From NCBI GenBank assembly GCA_012702815.1, contig GCA_012702815.1_3927.1: DNA of 26,024 nt; one strand, given 5' to 3'. Below, piece by piece: positions 7,132 through 15,193 of the stretch (its first letter is position 1; each line of letters starts with the position of its first letter). Below the pieces are notes generated by a model, which saw only the letters and a program-made list of their open reading frames with translations, did no database searches and had not been told where the DNA came from. Position numbers and translations under genes: made by a program. This stretch comes from a phage.

Positions 7132-7515
7132 ATGAAAAAGATTTTATTAGCTGCTGCAATGGTTATGGCAATGAATTTACCAGTCAATGCAACAGAACTT
7201 CCAAATGTGGACTTATCAGGTGTTCCAGAAGACACTTGTCAGATTGTTAAAGGTGTTGCTTTGACTAATGGTGAGTTACTTAAACCAATCTCTGAAGAGT
7301 CTTTAACAGAGATGACTGATAAGGTAACTGACTATCAGTATCGTGTTCTTGCAGAGTATTTCCTGCAATCTGCAAATATTAAAGAGAAGCACCATGATGA
7401 TATTGATGTACAGGCCATGATTAACCATCGTATTCAGTTTAAAGAAGATTTGATGCAAAAAGCTATGTATGGTGTTGAGTATTTCTTAGAAAACAGAAGC
7501 TGCACAGGTATTTAA
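7132..7515 (+). CDS. putative secreted/periplasmic protein with Sec signal peptide
   Basis: N-terminus MKKILLAAAMVMAMNLPVNA-TE: basic n-region, hydrophobic core, AXA-like cleavage site VNA. RBS GAGGT upstream. Confidence 0.6.
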   Translation: MKKILLAAAMVMAMNLPVNATELPNVDLSGVPEDTCQIVKGVALTNGELLKPISEESLTEMTDKVTDYQYRVLAEYFLQSANIKEKHHDDIDVQAMINHRIQFKEDLMQKAMYGVEYFLENRSCTGI

Positions 7516-7516
7516 T

Positions 7517-7729
7517 ATGGCTCTTAAAAAGTTACATCCCAGAAGCGGTTATGGTAAGATAATTGATGATACAGACGGTTTTACAGTCTTTACAGTTATC
7601 TGTCAAGATGATTCACAGATTGAGAAGGCTCTTGATGATTATCTTAACGATGAACGTGAAAAGGTTAGGGCTACAAACATAGATTCATTGATTGACACTT
7701 CACGAAAACGGAAGAAGAAAGATGAATGA
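7517..7729 (+). CDS. hypothetical small protein
   Basis: ORF starting 1 nt after the upstream stop; charged Lys-rich C-terminus. Confidence 0.45.
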   Translation: MALKKLHPRSGYGKIIDDTDGFTVFTVICQDDSQIEKALDDYLNDEREKVRATNIDSLIDTSRKRKKKDE

Positions 7730-8021
7730 GGTTTTTGACCCTTATGCTCCACAAGATGATTGGGAGGCTGACAGAGAGGCTGAAATGGAGAGTTATATTT
7801 GTCCAATGGATGTAGACGAAATGAGAGATTTCGTTGCACATCGTTTTAAGAGAGAGATTAAATCCAGAGGTCTTTCTCAAGAGCAAGTTGCTAAAATTTG
7901 TGGTATCTCTCAGGCTCGTGTATCCAACATAATCAATCTCACTGGTAATGTCTCGCTTGAGTTTATGTTGGGAGTATGCGAAAAATTTGGTGTTAATTTT
8001 AACTTAAGGTTGGCAGATTAA
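7722..8021 (+). CDS. XRE/Cro-type helix-turn-helix transcriptional regulator
   Basis: HTH signature LSQEQVAKICGISQARVSNI. ORF 7692..8021; start preferred at ATG 7722 (MNEVFD), which overlaps the upstream stop. Confidence 0.7.
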   Translation: MNEVFDPYAPQDDWEADREAEMESYICPMDVDEMRDFVAHRFKREIKSRGLSQEQVAKICGISQARVSNIINLTGNVSLEFMLGVCEKFGVNFNLRLAD

Positions 8022-8022
8022 T

Positions 8023-8382
8023 ATGAAACGTGAAAACATTATCCACTCTGAAAACTTCGCATTAGGTTTTTATGGTGTACCGACTCACCTTGAAAAGTAT
8101 TATGGTGTGAAGATTCTTTCCAATCTCATTATGGCTTACAAAGATGGTAAGATTAAGCATACTGAGAAGAAACGTGTCATGGGTTATATGGCTGTAGGTT
8201 CAGCAATCTCTAACATTAAGCTGGAAACAACTAGCAGCCAGATTGTGAAAGACCACTTCATCAAAGAGCTTTACCACAACCTTGATGGTGTAGATGTTCA
8301 GGCTGTTTGGCTGGATGTTGACGGTCACAATTACACAAGTTTCGTCTTCAAAAACGACGACATTAAGTGTCTGTTTCCATAA
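8023..8382 (+). CDS. hypothetical protein
   Basis: ORF immediately following the regulator gene (TAATATG junction); no recognisable motif. Confidence 0.5.
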   Translation: MKRENIIHSENFALGFYGVPTHLEKYYGVKILSNLIMAYKDGKIKHTEKKRVMGYMAVGSAISNIKLETTSSQIVKDHFIKELYHNLDGVDVQAVWLDVDGHNYTSFVFKNDDIKCLFP

Positions 8383-8395
8383 TAGGTGATTAGTT

Positions 8396-8911
8396 ATGAT
8401 TGATATCTACTTACAAGATGCTCATGCAGACTTCCTTAAAGTGATGCTTAAAAAGTTTATGGCTTCACAGGGTGAGAATGAAGCATCTTTTAAAATAGTT
8501 ACATGTGGCGACGAAGCTGGTTTTGTTGAGATTGAACATGAAGGTACTGGAAAGACTGTTTGTAAGTTACCTGATAGTATGTTCTCTAGCACATTCTTAA
8601 CAAAGACTAGCATAAATGTTAAGCTTGTACCTCAGATTGAAACATACTCTGGTACAGATTACCCTAAAGGTTTTAAGTCACTGATGAAGTATTTCTTAGA
8701 TGACTTTGTGAGTAATCTTCTGCGAGAGGTAAAAGAAAGTCGTACAGTGTTGACTGTAGAGAACATCGGAGGAACTATCAGGGTTACTTCTGACTGCTTT
8801 GTGATGAGCCTCTTCGACTTCGTTCCTAAGAACTTTGATGGTATTCTGGATGAAGAAGATGACTGTGTAGACTTTATATTGGTTCTTGAACCAGTTTTTG
8901 AGGTTAAATAA
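8396..8911 (+). CDS. hypothetical protein
   Basis: ORF with RBS AGGTGA upstream; acidic C-terminal region. Confidence 0.55.
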   Translation: MIDIYLQDAHADFLKVMLKKFMASQGENEASFKIVTCGDEAGFVEIEHEGTGKTVCKLPDSMFSSTFLTKTSINVKLVPQIETYSGTDYPKGFKSLMKYFLDDFVSNLLREVKESRTVLTVENIGGTIRVTSDCFVMSLFDFVPKNFDGILDEEDDCVDFILVLEPVFEVK

Positions 8912-9172
8912 ATGAAAATTGAACACTGCTATGAGCCTGACGGAACACCTATCCGATGTCCACATTGTGGGTGTACAGACTTACAAGGTGAAGTTCATGT
9001 GATTGTTAATGGCCATATAGCTGAAGAAAGTACTACATGTGTTGGTTGTGGTGAGCATCTATCATTCTGGGCCTATGGTTCATACCAACCTACACCACAC
9101 TTAATCTACCACAGCAATAAAGCTGTGAAGAATGTTATCAACTGGTTCATTAAGAAAGGGTTTACAAAATGA
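8912..9172 (+). CDS. small zinc-ribbon protein (CPHCGC ... CVGCGE)
   Basis: Two CxxC pairs; tightly coupled to flanking genes (ATGA overlap with the DHFR start). Confidence 0.55.
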   Translation: MKIEHCYEPDGTPIRCPHCGCTDLQGEVHVIVNGHIAEESTTCVGCGEHLSFWAYGSYQPTPHLIYHSNKAVKNVINWFIKKGFTK

Positions 9173-9714
9173 TTAAGCTAATATTTGCAAGTGGTGAAAA
9201 CGGTGAATTTGGTACACCGACTGGTATGCCGTGGCCTCGACATAAACAGGACATGCAAGAGTTTAAGAGACTCACTAAAAATAACTTAGTAGTCATGGGC
9301 AATGAGACTTTTAAGACTCTGGGTAGTAAACCTTTACCAGAACGTGCAAACCTCATCTTAACAAATTCTGTACCATACTTAGGCATAGACTTTGGCAAAG
9401 ATGATGTAATGTATGCTAAAGCCAGTAAAGAGTCATTTGGAGCATTTTTGAAGTATCTTGATAGCTCTATTGATGAAGATGTCTTTGTAATTGGTGGTGC
9501 AGGTATCCTTGTCAATGCTTTACCGTATGCTAGTGTGGTGTTCCATACTGTTTTCCATAAAGTTACTGAAGAGGCCACTGTGCATTTACCTTTTGAAAAC
9601 TTCTTTGAGAAGCTGTATGATAACCGTGTGTTTACAAAGGTACAGTCAAAACCATCAGAGGATGGTAAAGCAACTTTTGAAATTTATGTTCCACAAGTAA
9701 AAGGACACTTTTGA
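9169..9714 (+). CDS. frd: dihydrofolate reductase
   Basis: N-terminal signature MIKLIFASGENGEFG..MPW followed by VVMGNETFKTLG and PERANLILT, matching the DHFR fold; sits next to thymidylate synthase. Confidence 0.8.
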   Translation: MIKLIFASGENGEFGTPTGMPWPRHKQDMQEFKRLTKNNLVVMGNETFKTLGSKPLPERANLILTNSVPYLGIDFGKDDVMYAKASKESFGAFLKYLDSSIDEDVFVIGGAGILVNALPYASVVFHTVFHKVTEEATVHLPFENFFEKLYDNRVFTKVQSKPSEDGKATFEIYVPQVKGHF

Positions 9715-9715
9715 T

Positions 9716-10615
9716 ATGTCACAAGCAGATACAAGTTACAAAAATATCCTGAACCATGTTTTATCCGTTGGTGAACTACGTACTACACGAACTGGAGATG
9801 TTATCTCTGCTTTTGCTCCACCTCAGTTTCGTTTTGATATGCGAACTGGTTTCCCGCTCTTAACATCTAAACAGGTGTTTACACGGCAAGTTATTGGGGA
9901 AGCTTTATGGTTCCTGAATGGTGAGAATAAACTGGGTGAACTCCGTTACCGCACTTGGGATGAAAATGATGGAGAACGCTGGACTATCTGGTCAGATGAT
10001 TTTAAACGCTGGTTAAGCTCTAATTATTCTTCTGAACAAGACTGGTTAGATGACGCAGGTGGGAGAATCTACGGGGTTCAGTGGAGAAACTTTGAAGGTC
10101 ATAATGGTTGTGTTGTAGACCAGTTAGAGACCTTAGTAACGAAGATGAAGGGTGATATTACAGACCGCTACATGCTTGTTAATGCTTGGAATGCAGCAGA
10201 TATCGCAGCAAACTCAATGGCTTTAGCACCTTGTCATGTTCTGTTTCAGATTTATATCACTAACGAAGGTGAAGTTGACTTACAGTGGTATCAACGTTCA
10301 GTAGACACCTTTTTAGGACTTCCGTTTAATATTGCGTCTTATGGTTTCATCTTAGAAGTTCTTTGTAAGATGACTGGATACACTCCACGGTACTTGATAG
10401 GTGTCTTTGGGGATACCCAGATTTATCAGAACCATATGAAGCAGGTTTATGAGCTTATGAACAATGAAGAGTTTCATGCACCAACTTTTGAGATTGGCAT
10501 ACCACTTAATACTTTAAGTGACTTGAAGCATCTTACTGCAAGTGATTTTATTGGTGGTATTTACAACTACCAACATGCAGGGAAGATTGAAGCGCCTCTG
10601 TCAGTAGGTAAGTAA
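9716..10615 (+). CDS. thyA: thymidylate synthase (ThyA family)
   Basis: Catalytic-site signature ALAPCH, then QRSVDTFLGLPFNIASY and FGDTQIYQNH. Carries an insertion relative to bacterial ThyA (about DENDGERW...DDAGG). Confidence 0.85.
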   Translation: MSQADTSYKNILNHVLSVGELRTTRTGDVISAFAPPQFRFDMRTGFPLLTSKQVFTRQVIGEALWFLNGENKLGELRYRTWDENDGERWTIWSDDFKRWLSSNYSSEQDWLDDAGGRIYGVQWRNFEGHNGCVVDQLETLVTKMKGDITDRYMLVNAWNAADIAANSMALAPCHVLFQIYITNEGEVDLQWYQRSVDTFLGLPFNIASYGFILEVLCKMTGYTPRYLIGVFGDTQIYQNHMKQVYELMNNEEFHAPTFEIGIPLNTLSDLKHLTASDFIGGIYNYQHAGKIEAPLSVGK

Positions 10616-10625
10616 AAACAAAAAA

Positions 10626-10661
10626 GGCTCCTTTTTACGGGAGCCTTAAAATTTTATTTTT
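10626..10661. terminator. bidirectional intrinsic terminator at the convergence of + and - strand gene blocks
   Basis: Stem GGCTCC (10626-10631) / GGAGCC (10640-10645), flanked by an A-run on the left and a T-rich run on the right. Confidence 0.6.
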
Positions 10662-11025
10662 CAGTATTCTTTGTGTTCTTTTCAGTAATAGCTTGCAAGG
10701 CTGATACTGATTGGGCCAGATTGTTCACACTGTCAGAGAATTTATCAAGAGTTTTGGTAAGTTTCGCATTCTCACCCTTAACATTCTCTAACTGGACTTT
10801 CTGGTTCTCCATCCCTATCTGAATCAGTCTCATGTCAGACTGTAAATCACGAATAGCTGAATAGTTACTTTTGGAATAATTATCTAGCTGCTGTAACTTT
10901 GTTGTGACAGACACTTCTTGCTTACCACTTGAAACTTGCATAGTGGTATACATCCCAATAACACTAAAAATACCAACTACAATTGCACCAATATTATTTT
11001 TAAAAGCTTCCTCTAGCCACTTCAT
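10654..11025 (-). CDS. membrane protein with N-terminal transmembrane helix and coiled-coil (spanin-like or holin-associated)
   Basis: Hydrophobic segment NIGAIVVGIFSVIGMYTTM followed by a heptad-rich, Q/L/K-rich domain. RBS GGGGGAGA; start abuts the stop of the upstream gene. Confidence 0.5.
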   Translation of the reverse strand: MKWLEEAFKNNIGAIVVGIFSVIGMYTTMQVSSGKQEVSVTTKLQQLDNYSKSNYSAIRDLQSDMRLIQIGMENQKVQLENVKGENAKLTKTLDKFSDSVNNLAQSVSALQAITEKNTKNTEK

Positions 11026-11220
11026 TTATTTCTCCCCCTTAAAAGCTTTTTCTAAGTTATCTACGAACTCATCATCAATAGGTGTGTCTGTTTTACTCGC
11101 AAGGTATCTTGCAAGCTTAAAGAACACTTTCTCAATCATGTATTCACTCAGAAGGGATAAAATGAGTTTCCAGAAGAAGCTACCTAGATTTTTTAGAAGA
11201 ATTGCTAGGATTGTAGGCAT
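11026..11220 (-). CDS. small membrane protein (holin-like candidate)
   Basis: 64 aa with one hydrophobic helix (TILAILLKNLGSFFWKLILSLL) and a charged C-terminus. Strong RBS GAGGTGA; candidate promoter just upstream at 11264-11292. Confidence 0.5.
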   Translation of the reverse strand: MPTILAILLKNLGSFFWKLILSLLSEYMIEKVFFKLARYLASKTDTPIDDEFVDNLEKAFKGEK

Positions 11221-11263
11221 TTAATCACCTCATCAGCCAAGATGGTGAGAATACCCATAAAGA

Positions 11264-11292
11264 ATATTAACACCATCTTAACAATCAGTCAA
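11264..11292 (-). promoter_or_regulatory. sigma70-like promoter candidate on - strand (TTGACT - 17 nt - TAATAT)
   Basis: Reverse complement of 11287-11292 is TTGACT and of 11264-11269 is TAATAT; 9-bp inverted repeat AAGATGGTG/CACCATCTT (11239-11247 / 11271-11279) overlaps it. Confidence 0.45.
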
Positions 11293-11299
11293 CAAGGGA

Positions 11300-13666
11300 T
11301 TAAGCAGTTCTTACCCAAGCCATTAACTTATAGAACTGGTTAGTAACACTAAATGCTGAACCAGAACCAGTACCACCTGTGTTACCGCTAACTGTGTGGC
11401 TGTGAGCACCAATACCAACAGTGTGGCTGTGGTTACCTGTTGTATTCGTTACACCAGACCAGTTTCTTGATGCGTTGAAGTTGACAGGGATACCATTAGT
11501 AAAGTTGTTACCAGTATACCCTTTAGAACCTGCCTGACTACCGAGGTAGAATGCACCACTTGCTGTGTAGAAGCTACTAGCGTCACTTCTGAAGTAACCA
11601 AATGAACCAGTAATCTCCATAGTACCTCTGTTGTGGTTGTGGTTACCAGTTGTGCTAGAAGTCTTAGTACCATAGTCAAATGATGAAGTAGTAGCAGAGA
11701 AGCTGTGCGTGTGTGAAGGTAAGTTACCAACAGACAACGTTACAGAGTCTGAACCACCAGTTGTAGCAACATCTGAACCGTTTGCTGCTGCAATTCTAAT
11801 AGTTCTACCAACACCATTATTCAGGTACGTCCAAGTTAACCCAGGAAGTGCTGTGTTTGGGTTGACATTACTGTTAAACCACGTCACAATACCTACTGGA
11901 TAGATTTTATTCAGGTCTGTAGAGTCACTAATCGCCTCTGCAATCTTCTGGTCAGTCTCTGCTTTAGTGTATGCACCAATTTCTGAAGGTGTTGGTTTCT
12001 GAGCTTCAGTGTAAACCTTAGACCATTCAGCCTCAAAACCATACCTATCTCTGGCTGTTCTATACCATAAACCACCATTCCTGTAATCAAATCTTAATTG
12101 TGCGGTTGGTGTTGATGCTAACATATTAGCGAACAGGTGTAAGACTAAACGGCTTGAACCACCACCATTGATAGTCTCTGCATAAATGCCTGAAGGTTGG
12201 TTCCAAGCAACACCACCATCAGACTCATTCACCAAAGCTCTGGCTGATGACCATAAGTACTTCGCATCGGTTGCCGATTTAACGTAGTATCTAGCATCTA
12301 AGTTAGAGAAATCTGAAGGTTGAACTTGTCCAGCAATAGTCAATGTTTTGTTAATGTATGATGTTGTATTCCCGAGAACCAATTGGGTTCCAGAATAACT
12401 GTTATTTAGGGTAACATCATTCGTGTCAGCACCACCAACACCTACCCACCACCTTGACACATTAGCAGTGTCCACACCACGGATATACAATGGTCTGTTC
12501 TGAGTAGAGTTTTTCACAATTAGGGCTTCATTATCCGTAACAACTTTCTGTACACCATTAAAAGTATTTTGTGCATTAGTTCTTGCAATTGTACTTAATG
12601 TTGCTGCCGGAATATATCTAGAGTCAATGTTAGCCCAATCTGAAGGTTGAACTTGACCAGTGATTTGCACAGTTTTATTGATACCAATAGTAGTACCTAG
12701 TGAAACCTGTGAACCTGTAAGGTAGTTATAAATGTTTAGACGTGTCTCGTCAGAATCTGTACCAACATACCATTTATTTGTTCCATCAGACTTCTTACCG
12801 AGAATGTAAAGTGCTGTATTTGCATCAGTATTCTGCAAAGTAATGGCATTAGCATTCTTCTTAGCAACAAGGTTAGTGAAAGTGTTAGCACCTGTAAAAG
12901 TATTATTGCCAGCTAACTGTGCAAATCTCTGATTAGCTGCCGTCTGAGTAAAGTATCTAGCATCTAAGTTAGAGAAATCAGAGGGTTGAACTTGACCAGT
13001 GATTGCTAAAGACTTATTAACAGAGACATTACTTGCAACAGTCAAGGCTGAGTTGTATTTGTTATTGTACAGCTTTACTTCGTCAGAGCCATTACTACCA
13101 ATACCAACCCACCATCTAGCCGAACCATCTAGGTTTACACCTTCGATATATTGTGCATTATTTGCATTTTGGTTTCTAAGGCGAAGTAAGTTAGCATCAC
13201 CTTGAATATTTTGAGTTCCAGAGAATGTGTTTGTGATAGCAAGTCTTGCGTATCTTGCATCATTCTCTTCATTAGTCCTCATACCAAGCTCATTAGGACT
13301 TGGCTTATTCAGAGTATGATAAACAGTTGCTGACCTTGAAGCATCTGCAATAGTTAGTTTAAGACCATTTGCGTTAATTTTAAAAGTCTTTAAAATATCC
13401 CCAATAGTAATCTCAGAAGAGCCTGTAGGGTCAAATACAGACTTTCCACCGTAAAGTAACTTGACAATACCTAAATCCCCAGTCATAGTGCTTCCAGCAA
13501 TCTGAACAAACCTTTCTAGTTTGAAGGAAGCTAAGAAGTCTTGATAGGTCATTCTACGGTCTTCATCACCCAACATTTCAGGTCTTTTCTTAACTCTGAT
13601 GTGCAATAGGTCTTCTGAACGAATTGTGTCGATTGAGTTTAATTGACTCAATTTGTAATCTGCCAT
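11300..13666 (-). CDS. tail fibre protein (long), three internal ~110 aa repeats and C-terminal HxH-rich tip
   Basis: 788 aa. Three repeats each containing ITGQVQPSD(F/W)(S/A)N(L/I)D(A/S)RY; collar-like segment IYPVGIVTWF; four HxH motifs (SHTHS, NHNHN, NHSHT, AHSHT); C-terminus shared with the adjacent fibre. Confidence 0.85.
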   Translation of the reverse strand: MADYKLSQLNSIDTIRSEDLLHIRVKKRPEMLGDEDRRMTYQDFLASFKLERFVQIAGSTMTGDLGIVKLLYGGKSVFDPTGSSEITIGDILKTFKINANGLKLTIADASRSATVYHTLNKPSPNELGMRTNEENDARYARLAITNTFSGTQNIQGDANLLRLRNQNANNAQYIEGVNLDGSARWWVGIGSNGSDEVKLYNNKYNSALTVASNVSVNKSLAITGQVQPSDFSNLDARYFTQTAANQRFAQLAGNNTFTGANTFTNLVAKKNANAITLQNTDANTALYILGKKSDGTNKWYVGTDSDETRLNIYNYLTGSQVSLGTTIGINKTVQITGQVQPSDWANIDSRYIPAATLSTIARTNAQNTFNGVQKVVTDNEALIVKNSTQNRPLYIRGVDTANVSRWWVGVGGADTNDVTLNNSYSGTQLVLGNTTSYINKTLTIAGQVQPSDFSNLDARYYVKSATDAKYLWSSARALVNESDGGVAWNQPSGIYAETINGGGSSRLVLHLFANMLASTPTAQLRFDYRNGGLWYRTARDRYGFEAEWSKVYTEAQKPTPSEIGAYTKAETDQKIAEAISDSTDLNKIYPVGIVTWFNSNVNPNTALPGLTWTYLNNGVGRTIRIAAANGSDVATTGGSDSVTLSVGNLPSHTHSFSATTSSFDYGTKTSSTTGNHNHNRGTMEITGSFGYFRSDASSFYTASGAFYLGSQAGSKGYTGNNFTNGIPVNFNASRNWSGVTNTTGNHSHTVGIGAHSHTVSGNTGGTGSGSAFSVTNQFYKLMAWVRTA
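12259..13219 (-). repeat. three tandem ~330 bp intragenic repeats within the long tail fibre gene
   Basis: Near-identical ~48 nt cores at about 12291-12340 and 12953-13005 and a related core at about 12641-12667, encoding repeated QVQPSDFSNLDARY segments. Confidence 0.7.
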
Positions 13667-13681
13667 TATAAGTTTTCCTCT

Positions 13682-13701
13682 TAAAAGGGGCTATAAAGCC
13701 C
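13682..13701 (-). terminator. hairpin plus T-run between the two tail fibre genes (possible attenuator)
   Basis: GGGGCT (13686-13691) / AGCCCC (13696-13701) with a 4-nt loop; on the - strand it is followed by TTTT, then the RBS and ATG of the distal fibre gene. Confidence 0.4.
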
Positions 13702-13712
13702 CTGTAAAGAAA

Positions 13713-14888
13713 TTAAGCTGTTCTCTGCCACACATACACTACAAAAGATGGCTGCTCAACACTGAATGCTTGACCACCACCAACAGAACCAGTTGTCCCT
13801 GAGTGTGTATGCTCAGAGCTAGAAACAGTAACAGTGCCTGTATGACTGTGCGAACCAATATTAACAGTGTGGCTGTGAGCACCAATTGCGACAGTATGAC
13901 TATGAGCACCAGATGATGCAGTTGTACCTGAGAAGCTATGGGTGTGAGCACCAGCTAAATCAGTATACATAGCATTACCAACACCAGCATCAGCAGATGC
14001 AGTAATAGCATTTGTGCCACCCCTATCATTACCCCTCATAGGAACTCTATGGTTGTGGTTACCAGCATTACTTGTTGTGCCACTAAACGTGTGAGTGTGA
14101 GCACCAGCACTATTAGTCGTTTTTGTACCGTAATCAAAAGTTGATGTGCTTTTTGAACCATAATCAAAACTAGAGATAGATACACTTGCAGAGTGTGTAT
14201 GACCACCACCTGTTAGGTAGATAGAGTGAGTATGTGCTGGTAAATTATTATTTGTTAATGCTACAGTCTGAGAACCAAACATTGAACCAACAGGTCTAGA
14301 ATCTGTATCATAACCAACTAGTGCCCTACCTTTAGAAACTAACTCCCAAGTGCCACCACAAAGCAAGTAAGTGGATGGGTTAGCAGAGTTAACAGACAGA
14401 TGAATAGTCCCCACTGGATATGATGCTTGGATAGCTTTGTATAAGTTATTCACTGCTCTCGCTGTAGCATACTTATCAGCATCTTCATTGTACAGATTAG
14501 ATGTTGTCCAGTTCTGAACATTACTTAAACCAACCTGTGCTTTCGTTGTATTGTGTGGGTTACTTTTGTCGTCAATATGTTGCTGAATTAAGTTATTCAC
14601 TTCCTCTGACGACATAATTTGTAGATTTGCTCTTGCCTCAGCAACATTCACAATGTCTGACAAGTTATTAGCTGCAACTAATTGAAGAGAGTTAATAACA
14701 TTATCAAGACCCACTTGTGATTTAGTTACACCATGAGGATTATTCCTCAGAGATGCGTGAGGTGCTAACAACTGCTCAAGCGTACATCTTTTATCCTCAA
14801 CACCTTGCTTAAGGTGGAAGATATCACTCAAATCAATTGGTAAGGCCGCTTGTGGCAAGGCACTAATTTGAATTTCACCTACTGCCAT
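13713..14888 (-). CDS. tail fibre protein with collar-like domain and nine HxH motifs
   Basis: 391 aa. Repeats NPHGVTKSQVGLDNV and NPHNTTKAQVGLSNV; collar-like YPVGTIHLSV...LLCGGTWEL; nine HxH motifs; C-terminus AFSVEQPSFVVYVWQRTA. Confidence 0.85.
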   Translation of the reverse strand: MAVGEIQISALPQAALPIDLSDIFHLKQGVEDKRCTLEQLLAPHASLRNNPHGVTKSQVGLDNVINSLQLVAANNLSDIVNVAEARANLQIMSSEEVNNLIQQHIDDKSNPHNTTKAQVGLSNVQNWTTSNLYNEDADKYATARAVNNLYKAIQASYPVGTIHLSVNSANPSTYLLCGGTWELVSKGRALVGYDTDSRPVGSMFGSQTVALTNNNLPAHTHSIYLTGGGHTHSASVSISSFDYGSKSTSTFDYGTKTTNSAGAHTHTFSGTTSNAGNHNHRVPMRGNDRGGTNAITASADAGVGNAMYTDLAGAHTHSFSGTTASSGAHSHTVAIGAHSHTVNIGSHSHTGTVTVSSSEHTHSGTTGSVGGGQAFSVEQPSFVVYVWQRTA

Positions 14889-14890
14889 TA

Positions 14891-15193
14891 TTAAGCTCCT
14901 ACATATTCATATGTGTAAAGGTTTCTTGTACTTGTTGATGCAGTCCCTGTCTCAGACTTAATGAGGTTCCAGCCATTAGCCACTAAATCTGGTTGCTCAG
15001 TTGCATATGAACGAACTTCACCAACAGTGCCATTTACTTTATTCAGCAGGTAGTTGATAATATAGTTGAACCACTGTCTACCCATAGGCTCACCCTTTAA
15101 AAGACCTGTCTCTTGAACTTCCGGTGGTGGTAAAACTTTTAACTGATTACCATCAGTATCTACTTCGTTTGTAGACCAATTTAGAACTGCCAT
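14891..15193 (-). CDS. hypothetical tail/baseplate-associated protein
   Basis: 100 aa ORF coupled on both sides; the downstream fibre RBS AGGAGC lies in its 3' end. Confidence 0.55.
   Translation of the reverse strand: MAVLNWSTNEVDTDGNQLKVLPPPEVQETGLLKGEPMGRQWFNYIINYLLNKVNGTVGEVRSYATEQPDLVANGWNLIKSETGTASTSTRNLYTYEYVGA

Noticed and set aside
7639-9700. ORFs 7639..7839 (-), 7671..7886 (-), 8422..8613 (-), 8696..8965 (-), 9162..9578 (-) and 9491..9700 (+)
   Set aside because: Each is embedded in a better-supported + strand gene (regulator, hypothetical genes, DHFR); no independent start signals.
9716-10615. Thymidylate synthase homolog acting instead as a pyrimidine hydroxymethylase (hypermodified bases)
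   Set aside because: The substrate-contact Asn of the PFN motif (uracil-specific) and the catalytic Cys are present, and a DHFR gene is adjacent, which fits a canonical thymidylate synthase cycle. A dUMP hydroxymethylase cannot be fully excluded from sequence alone.
10904-11224. ORF 10904..11224 (+) across the small membrane-protein genes
   Set aside because: It runs antisense to two - strand genes with strong RBSs and lies beyond the convergent terminator, so + strand transcription is unlikely here.
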